From: Rozella allomycis CSF55
Taxonomy: Eukaryota
Assembly (NCBI GenBank): GCA_000442015.1
Contig: KE561154.1
Coordinates: 119,585-139,584, forward strand
Direction of reading: 5' to 3'
Length of the DNA stretch: 20,000 nucleotides
Of this stretch, positions 1 through 10,357 are shown piece by piece. Position 1 is the first letter of the stretch, and every line of letters begins with the position of its first letter. The notes beneath the pieces are model-generated. The model was not told the origin of the DNA. It worked only from the letters and a program-made list of their open reading frames with translations, and made no database searches. The position numbers were made by a program, and so were the translations under genes.

Positions 1-50
1 CCAGAGGCTCAGTTTTGAATTTTGTTTGTATTTTTCAGAATCAAAAGAAA

Positions 51-431
51 ATGAGAAAAGTGGTCGGTGTTGTCCCATTCAACCCCAAAACATCAGAGTT
101 TATCCTCGTCACTTCTCGAAAGCACCCCTGCGAATATATTTTGCCAAAGGGCGGCATAGAACACGGCGAAACCGACCAGGAATGCGCCCTCAGGGAAGCC
201 TTTGAAGAAGCTGGCATACACGGGGAAATTACGCTCAAGCTGTCGGCTACTACCGTAAAGTCGTCTGAAATTACATGGTATGCAATGCAAGTTGACAAGA
301 TTGACCAGAACTGGAGCGAAAGTCATGAACGGGAACGGATAATGGTGAAACCTGGGGTTATTTTTGATTATATCAAAAGAGATCATATGCAGGAAGCTAT
401 CAAGTGCTTTCTAAAAACTCATAAAGTATAA
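51..431 (+). CDS. Nudix hydrolase, diphosphoinositol-polyphosphate/ApnA hydrolase (DIPP/Ddp1/Aps1-like) subfamily
   Basis: Complete Nudix box GGIEHGETDQECALREAFEEAGI, preceded by ILVTSRKHPxxYILPKGG and followed by WxESHERER, typical of DIPP/Ddp1 enzymes. First ATG is at 51. A TTTTTCAG at 31-38 could be an acceptor, so an upstream exon is possible. Confidence 0.88.
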   Translation: MRKVVGVVPFNPKTSEFILVTSRKHPCEYILPKGGIEHGETDQECALREAFEEAGIHGEITLKLSATTVKSSEITWYAMQVDKIDQNWSESHERERIMVKPGVIFDYIKRDHMQEAIKCFLKTHKV

Positions 432-889
432 CTTTTTGTATGTAAATTTTACTATTCAATTTACCACTAATCTTGCAATTAAAGATTCTGATTAATTATT
501 TATTGTGAGATCTGCAAAATTCTTCAAAACATCTGCATTTTCAAAAGAAATAGGTTAAAATAATGATTGTGTTTTCAACTTTTTACAATTTCTGGTCATG
601 AAAATATTCAAGATTGTTCAACTGGGGATTCACAAAAGAAATCTAAAATCAAGTGCACGATTAGTGATTACGTTCATTTTTATAGTTATTCTTAACATAC
701 AATATACCTACACTGGGATTACTGAAACATTGAACAATCCAATGATCCATGGATAATGGGAATTGGAAAATGAGAACAAAGATATGAAATAAATCAATAA
801 GACTTTGATATATCGACCAGAAAATGATAAAGATATTTTTGCGGGTTTGTTCAAAATACTCAAAAATACGCAAGCCACCGACAACTAAA

Positions 890-1145
890 ATGTCCTCAAT
901 AGCAGAAAAATTGATGCTTAAACAGGGCTGGATCCCGTAATAATGTTACTTTTGTAAAACTAGTGGAGCAGGACTAGGAAAAAATAGCGACGGGATTATC
1001 GCCCCACTAAAGAACAAACTAAAAGATAATACTCTAGGAGTAATTTGTGCAAAAATGTTTAATTGAGATTGGAGCATCAAAAGAAAATTTCTTTCCTTGG
1101 TGGGATGCTGTTTTTAACAAAGCCGCGAAAAATTTGGAAAATGGC
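890..1145 (+). CDS. G-patch domain protein (GPATCH4/Tma23-like N-terminus), 3' end lost at gap N1146
   Basis: Not in the ORF track. Splicing introns 937-963 (27 nt) and 1040-1067 (28 nt) gives MSSIAEKLMLKQGWIPGAGLGKNSDGIIAPLKNKLKDNTLGIGASKENFFPWWDAVFNKAAKNLENG. This has the G-patch consensus (LxKxGWxxGxGLGK...GI...LGIG) plus the WWxxxFNxAA motif of GPATCH4/Tma23-like proteins. Confidence 0.88.
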
Positions 1146-1146
1146 N

Positions 1147-1541
1147 TATGTTTTCCAAGATTGATCTTTAAAAGGGGTTCTAAGTGATCTATCTTTAAAT
1201 GTTCTGCATATGCCTCAGTAAGAAAATCGAAGTAGGTTGAATTTGATTTATTCTCATCTTAGGATTGGATTGTTTCTTGAAGGTTTGGTTTAGGACCATT
1301 GTATCCCTTCTCTTATCTTTTCCTTGGCTACCTCGGGCTCCTGCTTTTCATTTAGGAAATGGACTCTGAGTCCTTCAATGACCATTCCAGGCTTAGACAT
1401 TGTATCCAGTCCTAGGATGATACTAATGGCAATGCCATTATCTTCGCCCATGTCAAGGACCTCAAAGCGATGCTTGATTTATTGTCTCCATGGCAAATAG
1501 TTATCTCTTCAGTTATTCTTCTTCTTGGCGTAGTAGTTGAT
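1147..1541 (-). mobile_element. Ty3/Gypsy-like LTR retrotransposon fragment: C-terminal half of aspartic protease, frameshifted
   Basis: The minus strand reads STTTPRRRITEEITICHGDNK / KHRFEVLDMGEDNGIAISIILGLDTMSKPGMVIEG, including the retropepsin ILGxD motif. About 1417-1541 is near-identical to 10822-10946. Confidence 0.75.
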
Positions 1542-1548
1542 NCCAATA

Positions 1549-1913
1549 TGTAAATTATCAAAAATGAAATTTCGACATGTTCGATGACCGTAACAGTCGC
1601 TCCATACGCTTATAGTATAGTTAAAACAGAAGTCGAATGAGAACGGATTGTCTCAGATCTTGGAATTTATAGGTAATCGGGATGCTGTCTACAGAATAGT
1701 GCAGCCCAGTATCATACGGAATGATTACTCAGTTATTAATTATATGGGTAATGGGTGTTCACTGTTCATGATATAATATTGCAGCCAAGCATCACGCGGA
1801 ATGATAACTTGATTACTATATTTTAGGGATTATAATAATGTGTAAGCGCTATTGTGACTCGTGATGCATAATTGATTATTATCTGCGTAATAATGTGAAG
1901 TGCTATCCTTACA
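1549..1913 (-). mobile_element. Long terminal repeat (365 bp), probably the 5' LTR of the Gypsy-like element
   Basis: Bounded by TGTAA...TTACA terminal inverted repeats. On the minus strand it is followed by TAT-TGG (PBS-like start) immediately before gap N1542. TATAAAT lies on the minus strand near 1665-1671. There are internal imperfect direct repeats (about 1696-1735 vs 1776-1815, and 1833-1852 vs 1888-1906). Orientation matches the adjacent protease fragment. Confidence 0.7.
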
Positions 1914-2122
1914 ACAATTCGAAACATTATTTAAATCGGCGATGAAATAATATACAATGAAATTTATACTCTGTAGATATATCATGTACTATGCTTTCCA
2001 TTTAACATTGAACTTATTAAGCTTTGATTTTTTAGTAGCGATGAAAGTATCGATGAGTTAATTTTCTCATTAGGAGCCAAACTCCTCGTCGGTAGATTGG
2101 AGCCACGTGCTATCTAATAAAT

Positions 2123-3676
2123 TTACAAGCTAAAGATTACTGTGATGTTATTGCTAATGTATCTTTTCAGAGGTATCATTATAGAGGACCTTGAGGGTAT
2201 ACCGTGTTTTATTTCAAACTCTTGTGGGGAATCAGGAATAAGGTCTTCCTTTACATAGGACACAGATAACACTTTATTTTCTCGATCTTCTTGTATTTTT
2301 TTCTGATTGCTTTTAGACCCTGATATATTGATGTAACCAGTGTTTAACACCAGCTCTTTTGACAACAAGGAATATATATTACTCGGTGGAGAGATCCAGT
2401 CTAGAATTGGTTCGAGTCCCTGTGAATTTTTCTTAACAAATTTTCCTTCTAATCTATCGAGTGAACGATAATCATAGTTCGGCTGGCGATGTATTCTTTC
2501 ATTCTATTAGTAAATTTCAGAATGAAAACTTACTTCATCTATTTCAAAATATCGATATTCAACTAAATTTTCAGCAAAAGTGACAGATTTGCGTTTCCGC
2601 TTTCGTTCAGAACAAGTTTCTGTTTCCTTTAACGGCTCCGAAGAGTTCATAGCAGATAGCTTTTCGGCCAAATTAATCTTCCTGTATTGAGGTGATTTTA
2701 CTTCATTTTCTTCGACATTATCACTTTTGGCACCACTGGAGGAACTATTAATCCAAATATTAGTGTGATCTTTACGGCTTAGATAATGAATCGCCATTAG
2801 ATAATACCGGGCTTTTCTTTTGAGAAAGTGGTATTATATTATGTATATTAGTAGATGTAGGTTTATTTTTAAAAAGAGTAAAGGACTTTGAATCGATTTC
2901 CAAAGTTTTAACTTTAACTTGTTTTTCTTTTAAAAAATAATCAATGATTATACTTTGAGAGATTTTAATCTCCTGGGATTTGTCTGGGATGGTAGGTGTG
3001 TGACTTTGCGAGGAGCTCATGCTATCCGGAGATAGAATTGAAGAGCTAGTCTCTTTACCAAGTGATCCCGATTGGTTTGGTTTGACACCAATATTTAGGG
3101 TCTTTTTCCATTTCTCTTTTAAGCCTTCCGCTTTCTTACAAATTTCTTTTCCATACGACATAATGTACATACCAGGGTCAGGTACTTTGCTAGCCCGAGA
3201 GACCAATTTTCCCATCTGGAACTGCAGTAAATGCTCTGTTGTAACTGGAAACTGATCCCAAACATCCAAAATTTTTGACATTATACCGTAATTGGAATCT
3301 GTCATGGACTTTTTAAATAATGAGTTTAACATGAAAGGAATGTTCTTTTCATTTAAGACTCTAGACAGCACCAAAATAAATTCATTACTCGTTTAAAATG
3401 GTTTTTCTTTTTGTATTTAGTAAAAGTCCGAGCAAAAGGCCAACATTGCCATCTGTAGTTGCGTACTTTGCAAACATTCTTTGCACTTTTCCCAAGTGTT
3501 TCAAATCACTTATCCCTCCAGTATTTGATATAACACTTTGAATATCCCGTAGTAGCAAAGATGTATCCTATTTCGGAGATATTTTTTATTAATACTGATA
3601 AACTCACTTCTGCGGGAGGCACAGGTGGAGTAGGCGAGTCTGCAGAAGGTACTTCAATAATAATGTCATAATCCAT
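2123..3676 (-). CDS. PNUTS/PPP1R10-like PP1 regulatory subunit (TFIIS N-terminal domain plus RVxF motif; fungal Ref2/Ppn1 counterpart)
   Basis: Joins four ORF-track pieces via introns 3568-3607, 3361-3388, 3146-3172, 2927-2953, 2745-2775, 2504-2533 and 2356-2382, giving 447 aa. The 27-nt introns at 3146 and 2927 are in-frame without stops and so less certain. Motifs: TFIIS-N-like PVTTEHLLQFQMGKLV, PP1-binding KRKRKSVTFAENLVEYRYFEIDENER, WISPP, and GSKSNQKKIQEDRE...PDSPQE...IPL as in PNUTS. The start codon is uncertain because the frame is open further upstream to 3796. Confidence 0.82.
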
Positions 3677-4076
3677 GTCTTTATCTTGGTTTCGAGAATC
3701 GTTGGCTTCATCTGGAGAATTGCAAATGCCATCCCCAAAAAGGAACTTTTGTATTGCAACAAGCCACTTATAAACCTTTCTAACGATATAAAACACTCAA
3801 TACTTCTTCTTTGTTTAAGTTTAGGTGTGATATATAGGTGTAAAAGTTTATTCCTCTCAAGTTATTCAAGTTCTCAAATATATGTGATATTTGTTTTTCA
3901 TCCACTTGAAAACATTCTTATTTTCACTTGAAAACTTTTCCTTACCTAAAAAATTTTGTTTTGCAAGCTTTAGCTGCTCGACTTCAGATGTTTCCATTTT
4001 GGTCCTATTTGTGAATTTTCGTGAAAGTTTGGAAAGAGAAAACATTTATGAAACATGGATACCAATATATGACAAC

Positions 4077-5564
4077 ATGATGAGAAAGAACACTCCTATA
4101 GTTGTACAAAAATTTAAAAGACCGGGAACTAATTTTGGAATTCCAAAACCGAGATTTGTTCATTTACCGCCAATTAATGAAAAGTCTCGTGAAAATGACG
4201 CAAATAAAAAAGATATTGAAATCGTGAAAGATTTGATTGATTGTCTTGATTTTTCCTCGGAAACAGTAATATTTAAAGTTCGGCGAAACCAAGATTATGA
4301 TTGCGTTTGGAGAATCATTGCAGAGAAGGATTCCAAAAGTCTGGGAAGAAATGTCATCGACAATATCACACATGCTAATTTCATCTCGTAATACCATTAA
4401 TGTAAGAATTACTAGGCGATTTTATAGAAAAGGGACAAGTTATTTGTTTTCCCGCCATCACGGAAGAAATAGGCAAGCAAATATTAACATATATGAGTAA
4501 AACTGCAAGGAAGGAGACTTATATTATAAAAAATACTGAGACCGTTGTTGGCATTTTGTTGGCATCGGATTATTTGGGAATGCATGTACTAAAACAACAA
4601 TGTGTCAAATTTATAGCCAAAAACATTTATTGTAAGCGCCAACTCATATTCTAATAGAGGTATTAGTAACATGTGTCAGTTGCCTCCACCTTTTCTTGCA
4701 GAAATAGCTAAAGAAACGAATATCCCCGCGTTGTTTTATTTGGAAACCGTATTAAAACAAAAAATTACACCAAATCTTTGGAAAAAAAAGTTTGATGTTA
4801 TCTATACCATAGTTGAGCCATTCAACCTTTCATTTAAAGAAAATAGCTCATTCATGGAAAAGTCATTATGGTCATTCTATTATCTTTGGGAAAGAAATGA
4901 AACCATTCAAAATGGAACACCTTTTTCTATTGTGAAAAGAATTGCCGAAGAATGTACTTATTATGAGTTTGACCATTGGATAAATAACATGCAAGCAGCT
5001 AGCGTAATTTCCACGAATCACTGCGGAAAGATTTTCATCTATTCTTCGTTAATCCGCTACTTGCCTATGTCCAATAAACAATGTATTATTGTGTTAGAAA
5101 GCGAGAATAGTGCAGATTATCTAAAAAATCAATTATCTTTAAGTCCAAATTTTAAGAATCTTGTACATGGAATTGCACTGATAGCAAATGTGACTATGAA
5201 AGTTGACATTTTAAAGTATTTGCTCAGGGTTAACATCGTGGAACTTTATTTTCTGGGCCCTGAATATGATGAATCATATATGGAACATTTGTTGAATTCG
5301 ACTGTGAACTTGGAAACATTGGTCATTAAATATGGCAGTAGTAGAGTACCTACTATAGTCGCCAGTGTGCTTCATAGAAGCGTAAATTTGAGATATCTAG
5401 AATTACAAAACATTGAATTCACTGTAAACTCTGGATTACTTTTGGTTTCAAAACTCGGTGAGTTAAGAAACTTGAAGAGACTGGTGTTGAAGAATTGTTC
5501 ATTTCCTCAAACTATTGAAAACATGTTGCATAAATTTATTGAAAGCAGAGATGAACTTCAATAA
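4077..5564 (+). CDS. ElonginC/Skp1-type BTB domain plus C-terminal RNI-like leucine-rich repeat protein
   Basis: Three 28-nt introns (4266-4293, 4388-4415, 4632-4659) give 467 aa. BTB-like segment MSSTISHMLISSRDFIEKGQVICFPAITEEIGKQILTYM...ILLASDYLGMHVLKQQCVKFIAKNI. C-terminal LxxLxL repeats: LETLVIKY, LRYLELQN, LKRLVLKNC. Confidence 0.75.
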
Positions 5565-6214
5565 AATACTAGTCTTTTTTTTTTCAGTATATATCAGCTA
5601 AGTCGCAGAAAATATACCAGACGTGGCAACACTAACAAACATTTAAGGGAAAATCCTAATGTTTTCCATCATACAATGCCATCAAACCGCCTACCATTAC
5701 TTCGGTCCAACAAATTCGCCAAAGAACTTTTGCAGATCACGGCCGATGCATATTTTCATCCTTTTTGATCTCACCCACAACATTCCGGCATAATTCCCCC
5801 TCAATTGCTCATGTCCCCAAAACTACGGTCGGGATAAGGCACTTCATAAAACTTCATATGAAGTCATGGAGAATCTAATGCAGTACTCTTAGTTGAAATC
5901 GATTTTTTCGATTTTACCTAAACTAGGAAATTTGCACTGAATTTGATTAGAAATATCGAAAAAAAGTCGCCACCCTGGTTTGAATAAAGCTATCGCAGAT
6001 AAATTCGCGCAATGTAGAAAAATATTACCTATTCAGTCGTTTANGAAAAACATTACTTATTCAGTCGTATAAAAGGTGTAACGGTTTACCTTTTACAAAC
6101 GAGACGAAGCACTTCGCTTTGCGTACTGCGATTTGAAATAGCATAGCCAAGAATTTCGTGAGCTAGATAAAAAATTAAAGGTAACTTGCTAAGTGCTAAC
6201 AAAAACTCTTTCAG

Positions 6215-6520
6215 GCCTACCTCAAAAATAGAGTCCGTAAGAGTTCACGGAAGATTGCAAATCAGACTTCCGAGTCAATTGGGGCTACGGAGGATGCTAT
6301 TGCTGATGTTAGAACAGTCGTTGATAAAGACGTTTTTGATTCTAGGGAAGCTGCTGAGATAGATAATAGAATTGACCTAGAATCAAAAACGTCTTTATCA
6401 ACGACTGTTCTAACATCAGCAGCGTTTTGACTAGATGAAAACTATGATGCTAAAGTAGTCTCAAAGGACGCTGGACCTTTTCAAACCTGGGCGTCTCCCA
6501 ATAAGCCAGCACTCCTTTGA
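6215..6520 (+). pseudogene. Degenerate coding segment of unknown family
   Basis: Follows an intron-like segment at 6181-6214 (GTAACT...GCTAAC...TTTCAG). Reads AYLKNRVRKSSRKIANQTSESIGATEDAIADVRTVVDKDVFDSREAAEIDNRID..., with stops at about 6428 and 6518. No recognisable domain. Confidence 0.35.
6301..6421. repeat. Perfect 46-bp inverted repeat with 29-nt spacer
   Basis: 6301-6346 (tgctgatgttagaacagtcgttgataaagacgtttttgattctagg) is the exact reverse complement of 6376-6421. Confidence 0.97.
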
Positions 6521-8901
6521 CAAAAAAATATCACGAACAAAAAGGCCACGTAAAATCAATCTTGATATGAAGCTGGCTAATGAGAAATTTAGAGCCCAAA
6601 ACCACGGCCCGATGGATGATGCATCGTCTCGCCAAATAATCATGTCTCGCTTGATAAAAGAATCGAATGAGGAAACCCAAGTAAGAAGTAAAATTCAATA
6701 ACATAGAGTGGTGTTCATGATTTACAGTGCAAAACTAAANGCAAGATAGTCAATAATTTATATTTAAATGAATAATTAAAATGATCTATTTGTTTAAGAA
6801 TGGGCAATGGCATCTGTTCATTCATTGTCTTCTAACATAAATTGATCTTGTGATGGCACGTATTGATCATNCATGCAAATACACGGTCACCATATTTCCA
6901 AGGAACACAACGCCGGTGTAATAGTTAGAAACATGCTAAATACCAGTAATGTATCCCTCTCCAGATTAATGGAATCTGCAGAGTGCATTAAGTTAATTAG
7001 ATTTAATAAATAGAAATCACGATTAGCTGTTTATCACTATTAGGATATCATTTTGTCAATAATGTGCGTGCTTTAGCNGCCAACGAGCTCGTTCTCTTTC
7101 AACCCGATGGAACCACCGAAATCGATCCAGCAGAGGCAATCGCAAAGTTGAACGAGTTTAACGTCGGGCCATGGACTNGAATTAAACAAACCATGGAGGA
7201 CAACCTGTCTAACAATAGCTTTTCACTTGAGGTTCCGGTACAACAAGTACCAACTACTGTAGCGGACAAAGAAAACACTAGACCCATTGCGGACGAAGCG
7301 ATGGAAACCGACTCCCTTGATGAAGTCGATTATGATGAGGACGTCGGGGATATCACCCCCGAGATTGACACCTCAAAATTAATTGAGAGCCTCCGGGCTT
7401 CATTGGGGAAGTTAAAAACTAAGCTGGCAGCACTTGTAGCTGTTAGCTTGGCCGAGGGTCCGTCAGAGTCCTTAGACAGAGACATAAACGCCCTACAAGA
7501 GGAGATTTCTCAAAGTACGAGAAGTCTTGAGTTATTAGATGATGCGCCGGCNCGGACAAAGCAACCACTAGACTCATCGCGGACGACGGATGGAAACTGA
7601 CTCCCTTGATGAAGTCGATTATGATGAGGACGTCGGGGATATCACCCCNAAGTTTCTAAACCACAACCTATCTTTTCAGTTCGTTTGCCTGACCTGTTTG
7701 ACAAAGATGAATGGCTGAAATTGAAAGAATGGAATCAGAAAACGAACAGCAGAATTCACGATGCCGATTTGCCGAAAACAAGCACAGGAAAGTATTTCGT
7801 TATCATTCCNGCACGAGACGTCTTGAGTTATTAGATGATGCTCCGGCATCAGGAAATAACGAAGGTCCAGTACCTACCCCCACAGTAATTGCTCAGGTTC
7901 CGACCTCCGAGCAGAAAAACCAAAAAGTTATTTCAGCAGTACATAAACTGTATCCGAAAATGGACTTGNCCCACTGTGATTGCTCAGGACCCGACCTCCG
8001 AGCATAAAGACCAAAAAGTTATTTCAGCAGTACATAAACTGTACCCGACGATGGACTTGAAATCTTCTGATCTCAATAATATTGAGGAATATCTACAAAG
8101 GTTCGAGAGAATCTACAANACCAAACCCATCGCGGACGACGCGATGGAAACTTACTCCTTCGATGAGGTCGATTACGACGAGGACGTCGGGGATATCACT
8201 CCCGAGATTGACACCTCAAAGGTAATTGANATTAATCACATTTAATGTGTTTGCTATAGGTTGAATGTTTAACTCGTCACAAAAACGCTTTGATATTGGT
8301 GTTATAAATTTTCTTACAGAAAAGATAGCAGTTCCAGTTGCCCACGTNGTCCACATTAGCTTAAGCTAACTGTTTTCGGGTTGGATAAGAGTGAGATGTC
8401 GGCGCTTCCGGATTTGGTCATGAGGAAAAACCTTTTGTCCTCAATTGTTTACAATGTCAACCAGTTTTTTGATGGTAACGTCAAAGCATTTGTGTGACGG
8501 ATAATTATCTACCATAGTCACAATAGTGAGTCAGATGTCCGCCTNCCTGGGGAAGTTAAAACATAAGCTAGCAGCACTAGTAGCTGTTCGTCCGTCAGAG
8601 TCCTTGGACAGAGACATCAACGCCCTACAAGAGTAGATCTCTTAAAGTACGAGAAATCTTGAGTTATTAGATGATGATCCGGCACCAGGAAATAATGAAG
8701 GTCCAGCACCTACCCCAACTGTGATTGCTCAGGTTCCGACCTCCGAGCATAAAGATCAAAAAGTAATTTCTGCAGTACNCCTAATCAGAACAATACTCCA
8801 AGATATTCAAGATTCAATACTACCATGGAGAAACAGTACCGGAATTCATCGGAAGATATCAAGACCTTTTGACGGAGAATAATATTGCCTTTACTGTTCC
8901 N

Positions 8902-9052
8902 GTTTCTTAGTTGGTTCATTCATGGCTCTTGAAAAGCCATGGAATTTTGCTAAGGAGACACTTATCATCAAAAGAAGTAAATTCACCATTCCAGCAAGCA
9001 TGTGTAAAATCAGGACGTTTCTTATCATCAGGAAACAATCTAGAAGGTTCCA
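8902..9052 (-). mobile_element. Fragment of restriction-like endonuclease (RLE) of a CRE/R2-type non-LTR retrotransposon
   Basis: The minus strand reads EPSRLFPDDKKRPDFTHACWNGEFTSFD, matching the EPxxL...RPD...D signature of RLE non-LTR elements. It is only 151 bp between gaps. Confidence 0.55.
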
Positions 9053-10308
9053 NCGAATCTACAAGGACAATAACTTAACCACGGAACAGACAAAGCATCG
9101 TCTAAGGCTGTTCGCTCACAACAACGAGTCTGTAGCACAGTGGTTGACTAGACACAACGATTTGAACCCTCTGTGCAGATGGGAAATCTTAATGAATGAC
9201 TTATTGAAAAAATTCCTTTCGCCTTATTGGAGATCAGAGATATACTCCAAGATATTCAAGATTTATTACTGCCATGGAGAAACAGTTCCTGAATGTATCG
9301 GGAGATTTCAAGACCTTTTGGCAGAAAACAACATTGTTTATACAGTCCCTAATCCGGAACACAATCTTATCAAGGAATTGCTCTTTTCTAAGCTGCCAGA
9401 TTTGGTGAAACGAGTGCTTAGTAACAAACCGGTGAGTGAATTTCCTACCATCTTGAGTCTCATGCAGGCAGTGAAGTACTGAGGACTGTAGAGCTCGCAA
9501 GAGCGGAACAGGAGACAACTCAGGAAAAAAGGAGGAGAAAAAAGAAGCAAGAAAGGTCTTCATCAAGAAACTCTGCGATAAGTGTGCACAACCTTANATT
9601 CGCAGCTTAATCTCTTGAAAGAACTCAGCTTCCGGATTCTGTAAAGCGAGTACTAAACAACAAACCGGCGAGCGAATTTCCTACCATCTTGACTTGACGG
9701 CCTGGGTTGCATACGCCAGCAGATCTCCGTCAAAAAGACAGAGTTGAAACTCTAAAGGAAACTCCCGGTAGTCCTGCTAAAAAGAAAGTTACAACCTCTT
9801 ATTATTGTGAATTCCATAAGAATAACCCAAGAGTGAGACAAAACACCGAGGACTATAGAGCTTGCCAGAGCAGAACAGGAAACAACTCGGGACAATCGGA
9901 GAAGAAGAAAGAAGCCAGAAAGGTTTTCATCAAGAAACGCTGTGATAAGTGTGCACAACCTTANGAACAAGGAAGCATCATCTAACGTTCATAACAGGAG
10001 AATAGATATCCGTGAAGAATTCCCTGAAGAACTCTTGGAAGAAGACGAGATTATCGTANCACCGAGGACTGTAGAGCTCGCCAGGGCAGAACAGGAAATA
10101 ACTCGGGGCAGTCGGAGGAAAAGAAAGAGGCGAGAAAAGTTTTCATCAAGAAACTCTGTGATAAGTGTGCACAACCTTACGAGAAGGGCCACAATGAAGT
10201 CTGTGAAAAAAGAAGGAAGAATAAAGAATCACCGTCTAACGTTCATAACAGGAGAATAGATCTCTGTCACGAAATCCCTGAAGAACGCTTGGACGAAGAT
10301 GAAATTAT

Positions 10309-10356
10309 CAAGTCAAAACAACATTTACATGGAATGGAAAGCAGTACAACTTCATT
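10309..10356 (+). mobile_element. Reverse transcriptase motif fused to the gag end by an internal deletion
   Basis: QVKTTFTWNGKQYNFI matches the Ty3/Gypsy RT KTAF...Y.F motif. It follows the ...EDEII gag/protease linker directly, with no N in between. Confidence 0.7.
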
Positions 10357-10357
10357 N

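Larger units (their letters stand above)
7179..10356 (+). mobile_element. Cluster of overlapping gag fragments from several diverged copies of one Ty3/Gypsy-like retrotransposon family
   Basis: N-bounded pieces 7179-7551, 7553-7648, 7811-7968, 7970-8118, 8120-8229, 8546-8778, 8780-8900, 9054-9596, 9598-9963, 9965-10058 and 10060-10356 overlap in sequence. They tile a Gag with IEEYLQRFERIY, AQWL...WEILMNDLLKKF, GETVPECIGRFQDL and C-terminal zinc knuckles. Copies carry stops, frameshifts and internal deletions. Unrelated small contigs are interspersed. Confidence 0.8.

Noticed and set aside
598..873. Small ORFs between the Nudix and G-patch genes (52 aa plus, 70 aa minus)
   Set aside because: No recognisable domain and no convincing splice model. 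A small gene cannot be excluded.
2745..2797. Programmed frameshift between overlapping PNUTS ORFs, and likewise between the RPA2 ORFs
   Set aside because: Each frame change is explained by a short GT-AG intron.
5618..5977. TGGCAACACTA and TCGCCACCCTG as hAT-like terminal repeats
   Set aside because: Both are in the same orientation, with no inverted partner or target-site duplication.
6017..6071. Imperfect 27-bp tandem repeat
   Set aside because: Straddles N6044, so it is most simply overlapping ends of two repeat or haplotype contigs.
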